Shown: piece after piece, positions 37,608 to 44,224 of the stretch
Layout: each line of letters starts with the position of its first letter
Numbering within the stretch: the stretch's first letter is position 1
Source: a virus
Lineage: Duplodnaviria; Caudoviricetes
Strand: one strand, 5' to 3'
IMG/VR virus record: IMGVR_UViG_3300020336_000013
Location: 1-44,224 of that record
Length of the DNA stretch: 44,224 nt
Translations under genes and position numbers: made by a program
Notes under the pieces: model-generated
Told to the model about the DNA's origin: nothing
Database searches by the model: none
The model's input: only the letters and a program-made list of their open reading frames with translations

Positions 37608-38433
37608 CAGCAGGTATCCACTTCGGTGAACCATTCGGATTCTTTTTAACAGCCACGCCTGCTGGTGGTATGTCCCATCCTTCGGTTACTATTTCAGCTT
37701 CAATAACTTCTGCTTCTAATTCGAGCACCGACGCTGAACGAGGGGGTGAATCCAGCGCCGATGCCAAACCCTTCCCTTCGAGTAACTCTTCAGGCGACGT
37801 ATCCATCGACAAACGAGGAACAACAAAGTGTCTGGTTTGCCCACCAGAAACTTTAGTTCGCTTCTCTAAAGATAGCATAGCCTCAGCTAACCCTATACTC
37901 TGCAACTGACCCAACATTCCAGCCATACCCGGCATTTCATTAGCTGCGTTCCATCCCTTAGACTCTAGTCTCCAGACCCCACCGAATCTTATTTCAGGTA
38001 GGACAACACGCAATCTAGTATAAGGAGAACAAACCATTGACTGCTCAAGAGAACACAAACAAGGAACACTGTCAGTGTCCATGCCATCTGGAGTTTTCAC
38101 CGGAACATCGGCACTCACACCATCACAACGACGTTGACAACCACCAGCAGACCACTGTTCGTACCACACATCAATGCTGTTCGGAGGCAGGAACACCCGT
38201 ATCTCAGATGAAGTAGTAATAACTTCCCACTGTTGTTGTTTAGATTTAGGTGGAGTCCAACTATTTACATTGCCACCATGAGTACTAGCTATTTGTTCTA
38301 TGGCTTCTTTATCAGGAGAAGTAAACCTAAACGTGTCAAGACTTTTCATAGCACGTTCTGTCTTTACTCCCAACCTGATACGCCCATGTTCTGGTGTTCG
38401 TCCCAGATCTTGTATTGCTTTAATCGGTTTCAT
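37597..38433 (-). CDS. phiC31 gp3-like (recombination directionality factor-like) protein
   Basis: GRIRLG..LDTFRFTS..YEQWSAGGCQRRCDG..C.C..C.P.TRLRVVLP..GVWRLES.GWNAANE signature. Confidence 0.8.
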   Translation of the reverse strand: MKPIKAIQDLGRTPEHGRIRLGVKTERAMKSLDTFRFTSPDKEAIEQIASTHGGNVNSWTPPKSKQQQWEVITTSSEIRVFLPPNSIDVWYEQWSAGGCQRRCDGVSADVPVKTPDGMDTDSVPCLCSLEQSMVCSPYTRLRVVLPEIRFGGVWRLESKGWNAANEMPGMAGMLGQLQSIGLAEAMLSLEKRTKVSGGQTRHFVVPRLSMDTSPEELLEGKGLASALDSPPRSASVLELEAEVIEAEIVTEGWDIPPAGVAVKKNPNGSPKWIPADAK

Positions 38434-38740
38434 TTTCTTTGTAATACTCCCTCATTTTTCTAACCACATTAAACATAAGTTCAGACATTTCTTCTGCTGA
38501 CTTGTGTCTTTGTTCAAGCACATAGATACCATCATCTTCTGACTTCTTACCTTTTTCTATCTTCGCTTTATAATAAGTAAGCTGACCATATAGCTCTGCT
38601 TTATGTTTCTTTAACGCATCTACTATAGCACTAGCCTGCCAATAATCTATTGCACCTATCTCTTCCCATTCATCTTCACCAGTTATCCAATCCATAACAA
38701 TGAACCCACTTCTGTTTGGAAACCTATCTTTAGAATCCAT
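38420..38740 (-). CDS. Hypothetical protein
   Basis: Overlapping ORF in the operon. Confidence 0.75.
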   Translation of the reverse strand: MDSKDRFPNRSGFIVMDWITGEDEWEEIGAIDYWQASAIVDALKKHKAELYGQLTYYKAKIEKGKKSEDDGIYVLEQRHKSAEEMSELMFNVVRKMREYYKENETD

Positions 38741-39572
38741 TAGCTTTATCCTTTATACATTGATCTTGGTGATTACAATAATTGCATTGCCATACCTTGC
38801 CGTAAGCTGTACCATCTACCCACAATCCTTTACTTGGATCATCTATCTCAGCAGGGAAAGGAACATCAGGATCAGAGTGCGAGAACCTGCGAGGTATAGA
38901 TTGTGGTCCATCAGTTTCAGTAGCTAACGCTATACCTTCTATCCTTGCCATCTCTTGTTCAGCAAGAGGAAAGAATTCATCAGGTGTTAGATGCCACTCG
39001 GCGGCAAACCTACCTATATCATCAAGCCCAAACTTAGCAGCACGTCCGGGTGCTATGTTCTCTAATGACAAGTAAGCAATGACTAGATAGTCAGCGTTTA
39101 AAGCACGTGCATACATAGATCCTTGCAACACAGCGTTGTGTCGAGGCCCCTCCCCCTTTTCAATAGCCATCTTGTAACCAAAGCCATTGATTGTTTTTAA
39201 TTCAACAACCACTGTCTTACCGTCATCAGTTTCTAATACAAGATCAACATGACCGTGACCATGCTCACCTAATACTACGTTAACTTCTTCTTCAGCATTC
39301 AACGTAGTATCTGAACCTATCCACTGTTCAATAGCAGGCTGCAACAACTCATGTACTACAGATCCTAATCCCATACGCCATATGTCAGCGGTACTAGACG
39401 GATTAGTTTCAGGTACATCAGCAACCATGTACGCAATTTTTCTTGCACACATACCAGCCCATGACCCACGCCATTTAGTTTCATCAGGTTGCGACGGTGC
39501 TTCATTACCTTCAGCCCACGCCTCAGCTATACGATGAACAACTAATCTATTATCTACTTCAGCTAGATGCAT
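38730..39572 (-). CDS. Cas4-like PD-(D/E)XK exonuclease
   Basis: CARKIAY..G..VHE..GHVD..VVELKT..Q...Y and C-terminal WQCNYC.....C, completing a split four-Cys cluster site. Confidence 0.85.
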   Translation of the reverse strand: MHLAEVDNRLVVHRIAEAWAEGNEAPSQPDETKWRGSWAGMCARKIAYMVADVPETNPSSTADIWRMGLGSVVHELLQPAIEQWIGSDTTLNAEEEVNVVLGEHGHGHVDLVLETDDGKTVVVELKTINGFGYKMAIEKGEGPRHNAVLQGSMYARALNADYLVIAYLSLENIAPGRAAKFGLDDIGRFAAEWHLTPDEFFPLAEQEMARIEGIALATETDGPQSIPRRFSHSDPDVPFPAEIDDPSKGLWVDGTAYGKVWQCNYCNHQDQCIKDKANGF

Positions 39573-39816
39573 TAGTCCATCCTTCTTTCTTTATAAGGAA
39601 TCCATCCTCGATCTTTACTGTTCTTATAACACCGTACTGTTTCTTCTTCAGGTACAGTAAATTCCTGAACGACATATCAGTGCAATGATAATCAACACCA
39701 CTAATTACTTGATGCCAGTTACCATCCAACCACTTATACCAGTTGTATACACTACGTTTATTAGGCGCAGAGGCTATCAACCCCTGCGCTTCTTCTTCTG
39801 TTAGTTGTCTAGACAT
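39559..39816 (-). CDS. Hypothetical protein, possibly DNA-binding
   Basis: YNW.KWLDG.W..G.DY..SFR pattern; overlaps neighbours. Confidence 0.7.
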   Translation of the reverse strand: MSRQLTEEEAQGLIASAPNKRSVYNWYKWLDGNWHQVISGVDYHCTDMSFRNLLYLKKKQYGVIRTVKIEDGFLIKKEGWTNASS

Positions 39817-40783
39817 TTAATAACTCCAATGTTTTGGTAGCCAAGGGTGTCTTACCCTCAACAGCTTTGATTAATGATCTTGTACTCTTAGCTTGGTGAT
39901 TGCCACGAGTGCCTCGGTTAATGTAATGTTGTTCAGCACCTTGAATAGCATTGTAAGCAAGCCACTTGTTCCCATCACCCCAAGTCTCTAACTCTCTACG
40001 CCACTCATTCTTAAAGTGAGATTGTTTCTCTTTAAAACTCTCAATAGTTTTTTTATGAGGAGCTTTCCACCCTGTCATACTTGTTGACTTAGGTTCAGGT
40101 ACTAACTGCTTAGTTAATATACTGAACTGTTCATCAGTATAAGATTGATCTTTCAACGTCACAGCTATACGCTTCATAGTCTCAGCGTGAGCAACAGCAT
40201 CACCTAATATTCTTGAACGGTACTCGGCAGTAATATCATGCTGGTCAGTACGCCTAGCTTTAAACAAAGCAGTACCCATCATCAACATGTTTGAACAGAA
40301 CACACGAGTTGTGAAATCATACACACCTGTTGACCACGTACCATCAAACGATGCAGTCCACGCAATCTCAGGCTTGATAACATCACCACCACCCAGATCA
40401 ACAGGCTCACCTATACTCTGTGTCATAAACAATCTTCTACCACCATCAAGCACAGCACATCCTGTTGTACTCTCAGGTAAGAAAGATTCCATCATGTCAG
40501 CTACAAATGTATAGCTTTCATTCTGACTGTAACCCGGACCATGAATCCCAATGGGTTCACCGTTGTCTTTTCTTATCACCCACCTAAACTGTGGTTCAGC
40601 TTCACCCTGATGATGTCTTGTTGTTGGTGCTTCCGGTACTACAAACCCATTCTCAAAGGTGTAGTAACCAGCTTTGTTATACCATACTTCAAAGTCACCA
40701 TCATGCTCAGTTAAATACTCATGAGCAGATTTCTTATTGCCAGACTTAATCATCTGGTCACGGAAATTACTTTCCATCCTCAT
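39809..40783 (-). CDS. DUF932/DUF945-family phage/plasmid protein
   Basis: IRKDNGEPIG..Y..Q; LDGGRRLF; SFDGT..RVFCSN; W.AYNAI motifs. Confidence 0.8.
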   Translation of the reverse strand: MRMESNFRDQMIKSGNKKSAHEYLTEHDGDFEVWYNKAGYYTFENGFVVPEAPTTRHHQGEAEPQFRWVIRKDNGEPIGIHGPGYSQNESYTFVADMMESFLPESTTGCAVLDGGRRLFMTQSIGEPVDLGGGDVIKPEIAWTASFDGTWSTGVYDFTTRVFCSNMLMMGTALFKARRTDQHDITAEYRSRILGDAVAHAETMKRIAVTLKDQSYTDEQFSILTKQLVPEPKSTSMTGWKAPHKKTIESFKEKQSHFKNEWRRELETWGDGNKWLAYNAIQGAEQHYINRGTRGNHQAKSTRSLIKAVEGKTPLATKTLELLNV

Positions 40784-41057
40784 AGTTTCTCTTTTCTTTA
40801 AGTAATGCGCGAGCCTCAGCTACGCGCTCTTTATTTTCTTCAGTAGACAACGCATCAGTATTATCTACTGGTGTCCAGTCTACCATACGTTGAGACTCAT
40901 GCGGCATTGCATTCATGATGTCTCGTAGTTCTCTAATGAAAGCTAATACTCTGGCATGATCCAACTTATTAGCCAACGGTTTACGTTTTATATTAGAAGC
41001 AAACACATTAGTAGTCTTACCTAATGCGGCTAGCTTTTTGTTTCCTTTCACTGACAT
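40767..41057 (-). CDS. Hypothetical protein
   Basis: AAGGAG SD; overlaps the whiB 3' end. Confidence 0.7.
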   Translation of the reverse strand: MSVKGNKKLAALGKTTNVFASNIKRKPLANKLDHARVLAFIRELRDIMNAMPHESQRMVDWTPVDNTDALSTEENKERVAEARALLKEKRNYEDGK

Positions 41058-41325
41058 GTCTGCTCCTTGCTATCTCGACAACACACATGTCGAAGCTGTC
41101 TTTTAAATCTCTATTCTTAAAGAACCAAATCTCTTCACGTTTACCAGCACTCAACCCACCACGTATAAACATTGGATGGTCACTGATCCTGTCATCTTTT
41201 TTCAACGCCATCCATAAGCATTCAAATTGAACAGGGCATTGCCAACACAATTCTTTCTTAATGGTTTCAACTTTCAACCCTTTACATAGGGCATGATGTA
41301 ACCAATCTTCTAGTTGTAATTTCAT
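41017..41325 (-). CDS. whiB: WhiB-family Fe-S transcription regulator (shortened variant)
   Basis: DW...ALC-x12-CxxCPVxxECL..AL..IRGGLS..R. Confidence 0.8.
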   Translation of the reverse strand: MKLQLEDWLHHALCKGLKVETIKKELCWQCPVQFECLWMALKKDDRISDHPMFIRGGLSAGKREEIWFFKNRDLKDSFDMCVVEIARSRHVSERKQKASRIR

Positions 41326-41344
41326 TATCCCTTCTTAATGTTAA

Positions 41345-41781
41345 TGGTAGTGGCAGAGAGACTAATACAAGACATGAATGAAGTGCCTCTTAAATACTCT
41401 CTACCACCACCAAATATGATAGCGGCAAGGCTACGTGTGTTAGTCCTTTTGCTAAGCGCTTAGCTTTTCTACGCGCCCTGCTACTATCTATTGATACAAG
41501 ATTCAACAAGTGTTTAACGTCTAACCCTGCATGTCCTCCATGTATCAACACTCTACTACTCGGTCTGTGAGAGTGGGATCACCACCGTACCTCATCAGCG
41601 TACACCGCCACAGTCATCCATCACACAAGCTGACCATCATCCTTTCGGAATATCACTCTTGCTTCTTCTGCTTTAGTAGAACATGTACGATCATATACAG
41701 GAGAGCTATGACAGGGAAAACCGGGGAACATCAACAACCCCAAACCTGTGCGCTCCTCACGGTTACGCACTCTCCTATATA
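41345..41781 (-). ncRNA. Array of five abutting structured RNA-like domains
   Basis: Closing stems at 41345-41412, 41418-41488, 41490-41549, 41549-41683 and 41694-41781; imperfections are mostly G-U on the - strand. Confidence 0.65.
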
Positions 41782-41786
41782 AACCT

Positions 41787-42197
41787 TTAAAACTTTTCTT
41801 CAGGTGTAGAGTATGACTTACCTCCACCACCTTCAGACTTTTCATTCTTAGTTACTGTAGTAACAGCCCACCTTACAGTGTGCCCGATCTCTTCCACATT
41901 TATTTGTGGATAAACCTTTTTACTTCCGTCTGGATCATCAACACGCTTAATGTTAAGACTGCCAACAACCATGACACGATCGCCACTAGACATAGACTCA
42001 ACCACATTCTCACCCATCTTGCCGTAGATAGAAAGGTCAAAGAACTGTGTGCTCTCCTGCTTTTTACCTTGCGGATCTGTCCATGATTTATTAATCGCCA
42101 TGCCGGTGTTGGTGACAGAGTTCTCATCTTCAAAGTATCTGATCTCCGGGTCGCGTGTTAGGTTACCCCAACATACCATTTGATTTGCTTGACTCAC
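41787..42197 (-). CDS. ssb: Single-stranded DNA-binding protein, actinobacterial type
   Basis: GNLTRDPEIRY..GENVVES...GDRVMVVG.L..VEEIGHTVRWA; GAGGAGG SD; C-terminal EEKF. Confidence 0.92.
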   Translation of the reverse strand: MSQANQMVCWGNLTRDPEIRYFEDENSVTNTGMAINKSWTDPQGKKQESTQFFDLSIYGKMGENVVESMSSGDRVMVVGSLNIKRVDDPDGSKKVYPQINVEEIGHTVRWAVTTVTKNEKSEGGGGKSYSTPEEKF

Positions 42198-42227
42198 TGT
42201 GAATTACCTCCTCGATAATTATTTATA

Positions 42228-42473
42228 TTAAAATGGTTCGGTTGAACGCCTCTCAATTTCAGCTTCAACCCAACGCTCTACAAGATTATAAGAAAGAATC
42301 AACTTACTACTTGCTTCTTTACTTGCCTCTTCTAGAGTTCCTGAATGCACACCATGGTGCAAGACTGTTGTTGCTTGCTTGTGTATATCATCAAGCATCG
42401 CTATTAATGTAGTACATTTCATTTCTTCTACCGGAATAGGTAGTGTATTACTCAGCATCGGTGCTCCGCTCAT
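42228..42473 (-). CDS. Hypothetical protein
   Basis: ORF in the early operon; start may be downstream of 42473. Confidence 0.6.
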   Translation of the reverse strand: MSGAPMLSNTLPIPVEEMKCTTLIAMLDDIHKQATTVLHHGVHSGTLEEASKEASSKLILSYNLVERWVEAEIERRSTEPF

Positions 42474-42753
42474 CAGCTAACTGCTCCTCATGTAAGTCGT
42501 TATCGTACTTCTCCATAACAAGCTTAACATTTTTAATCACTGTGTCTACCATAGTTACAGGAAATTTAACGCAAACATCTCCTATATATAGTAAGAAAGT
42601 ATCAGGCACATCAGTTTCATATGACTTACTTATAAATGCATAAGTATAATTAGTATCAGTATCACATTCTATTACAGTTGCATCTTTAATGTGATGATAC
42701 TCAGTTATGTTTCCATACTCAGTATCTTTATCAGTTCGGTAACTTATTTTCAT
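42448..42753 (-). CDS. Hypothetical protein
   Basis: GGAGG SD; ATGA coupling. Confidence 0.75.
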   Translation of the reverse strand: MKISYRTDKDTEYGNITEYHHIKDATVIECDTDTNYTYAFISKSYETDVPDTFLLYIGDVCVKFPVTMVDTVIKNVKLVMEKYDNDLHEEQLADERSTDAE

Positions 42754-43031
42754 AGTTGTTCCTCCATCATTTCAGTTATATAAATGTCATGTTGAACTTG
42801 CAACATGTCAATAGTTTCTTGGTTACTACGTTCTTTCATAGGCCAGTTAATTACAGGAGTTAATCCTTGATTATGGAATTCTTCAAACGCTTCGTCAGTA
42901 CCACAAGGATTGCAAACATATACATGTTCATCATCTATCCCTCTAGTACATCTACTTAATGAGTTCATTACTTGAGGTGTACGCAACGGTACTTTCTTAC
43001 AACGAGGACACAATCTTGGTACGTGTCTCAT
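42750..43031 (-). CDS. Zinc-finger-like hypothetical protein
   Basis: CPRC..NSLSR..VCNPCGTDEA motif; AAGGAG SD. Confidence 0.78.
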   Translation of the reverse strand: MRHVPRLCPRCKKVPLRTPQVMNSLSRCTRGIDDEHVYVCNPCGTDEAFEEFHNQGLTPVINWPMKERSNQETIDMLQVQHDIYITEMMEEQL

Positions 43032-43183
43032 ACTTTCTCCTTTACTTTAGGTAAATGAGTCCACCTATATGAACTCTTCTTATAATTAGAACGGCATGAA
43101 ATCACACCGTCTTCACGTCTACGCCATATGTTATTAAGCGTATCTAAATCTATTGCTTTGTTGCAGTATCTACATTCAATCAT
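43028..43183 (-). CDS. 51-aa Cys/His-containing protein (MIECRYCNKAID...)
   Basis: ATGA-coupled at both ends; GGAG SD; below track cutoff. Confidence 0.65.
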   Translation of the reverse strand: MIECRYCNKAIDLDTLNNIWRRREDGVISCRSNYKKSSYRWTHLPKVKEKV

Positions 43184-43347
43184 ATCTTCATCTCCATATA
43201 CTCATGCCGTTCTCTTGCCGGCACCTTATGAACACACTGTTGACATATATTATTAGGATTGAAACGACTCAACACAGTACTGCAATCAACACTGTACTTA
43301 GTACCCTTACATATCCTGTCTGTTTCTAAGTTAATTACTTCGGCCAT
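43180..43347 (-). CDS. 55-aa zinc-finger-like protein (MAEVINLETDRIC...)
   Basis: RIC..C.TVLSRFN....CQQC pattern; coupled to the downstream ORF; below track cutoff. Confidence 0.7.
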   Translation of the reverse strand: MAEVINLETDRICKGTKYSVDCSTVLSRFNPNNICQQCVHKVPARERHEYMEMKI

Positions 43348-43604
43348 TCTTCCCCTTCACATTCAATACGTTCTATATCTTCTGTTAATACTGACCATTG
43401 TTTAGGTATGACTTGTTTAATGTGACGATACTCAGGTATGGCAAGAGTACCAGCTTCATACATTTTCTCGTATTGATAGTCATTTAAATCCATGAACACT
43501 TCCCAGTTGTCACGCATATCATGTATAGACATGTCATCTTCAAACGTTTGTTGAACTTCATACTCTAGTGTTATTACTATGTTTGCTGTTGCTACTTTAC
43601 TCAT
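43335..43604 (-). CDS. Acidic hypothetical protein
   Basis: ATGA-coupled ORF. Confidence 0.72.
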   Translation of the reverse strand: MSKVATANIVITLEYEVQQTFEDDMSIHDMRDNWEVFMDLNDYQYEKMYEAGTLAIPEYRHIKQVIPKQWSVLTEDIERIECEGEEWPK

Positions 43605-43855
43605 TGCTTCCCTTCGTAATAGTCAGTCAGATTAAACCTGTATTCAGCAGCGTCGCCATTCCAATCTGCTACAGTTGGATTGTCTTCACCCCAACGCATG
43701 ATCTTGTCATGCAACAACTCAACACAATCAGCCCAATGAGAGAACTGTCTACTTAATACTGTTTGCTTTTCACCATCTTTTAATTCTTCAAACCTGTACG
43801 TGTAACAGTCATCCTCTTTGTTGTACTCTATTTCTATTCCAGTTATCCAACTCAT
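43601..43855 (-). CDS. Acidic hypothetical protein
   Basis: TAATG-coupled ORF. Confidence 0.72.
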   Translation of the reverse strand: MSWITGIEIEYNKEDDCYTYRFEELKDGEKQTVLSRQFSHWADCVELLHDKIMRWGEDNPTVADWNGDAAEYRFNLTDYYEGKQ

Positions 43856-44211
43856 TACTTAACCTGCCTTATGTTAAAGAACCCTTTTAATTCAGGCTCC
43901 ATGTCCATCAAATACCTCGCATAATACGGGGCATGATTGTTATTTATCTTGAACACAGGGTCAGTAGTTTGCATCGCTTGTTGCCAACGCAATACTTCAA
44001 TCAAAGATTTCATACCCCACTTCTTATGACCGTTAGTCTTTAACTGCATAGCTGACCGCTTCAACCATGTATATACTTGAGGATTCTCCGCATGAAATCT
44101 CAACCATTCACCCGGATAATTCCTCCAATAAATAGGATGAAGATCCTCATCACTTAATTGTGTTACCTCAATGACATCTGTTGCAAAATCAATATCAAAT
44201 ACTGCTGGCAT
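43855..44211 (-). CDS. Conserved phage hypothetical protein
   Basis: FHAENPQVY..IEVLRW..FKINNN..YYAR..GFF.IR pattern of a widespread uncharacterised phage family. Confidence 0.8.
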   Translation of the reverse strand: MPAVFDIDFATDVIEVTQLSDEDLHPIYWRNYPGEWLRFHAENPQVYTWLKRSAMQLKTNGHKKWGMKSLIEVLRWQQAMQTTDPVFKINNNHAPYYARYLMDMEPELKGFFNIRQVK

Positions 44212-44213
44212 TA
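44105..44213. repeat. Terminal direct repeat, copy 2
   Basis: 108/109 identical to 1-109; the last 11 nt of the window diverge from 110-120. Confidence 0.95.
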
Positions 44214-44224
44214 GAACTCCCTCT

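Noticed and set aside
41585-41650. Hammerhead ribozyme (CUGAUGAG and GAAA on the - strand)
   Set aside because: Stems I-III and the NUH site could not be assembled in any permutation; the GAAA is a simple tetraloop
41345-41781. CRISPR, TIGR or tRNA array
   Set aside because: No shared sequence repeat between units, no Nop-domain or core cas gene recognised, no TTCRA T-loop or cloverleaf; the Cas4-like gene is a common stand-alone phage nuclease
41531-41845. ORFs 41531..41782 (+) and 41621..41845 (-)
   Set aside because: No convincing SD or protein-like features; one is antisense to the operon and the other overlaps ssb out of frame; the region is better explained by RNA stems

Overview
This window appears to be an essentially complete ~44.1 kb dsDNA tailed phage genome; positions 1-109 recur at 44105-44213. 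The architecture is podovirus-like: SU10/DUF5309-type major capsid, tail adaptor and nozzle candidates, no tape measure, and about 16 kb of large internal-virion genes. The host is probably an actinobacterium, possibly Acidimicrobiia, judging from a WhiB-like regulator, an actinobacterial-type SSB, an r1t-type holin and a CxxDxxC ferredoxin. The + strand (2147-36499) carries a fibre module with two 2OG-Fe(II) oxygenases, terminase, portal, internal proteins, holin, ferredoxin, scaffold, capsid, tail, endolysin and a metallophosphoesterase. The - strand (36482-44211 and 107-1151) carries NinG, an SLT-like muralytic protein, a phiC31 gp3-like protein, a Cas4-like exonuclease, DUF932, WhiB, SSB and many small ORFs. 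I could not recognise a DNA polymerase, primase, helicase or integrase. The most striking unexplained signals are non-coding: five abutting long-stemmed RNA-like domains between ssb and whiB, a heavily structured divergent control/origin region around a solitary 217-aa gene, a pseudo-symmetric repeat in the scaffold/capsid leader, and apparent genome-wide avoidance of CCWGG. All family assignments come from motif recognition by eye, without database searches.
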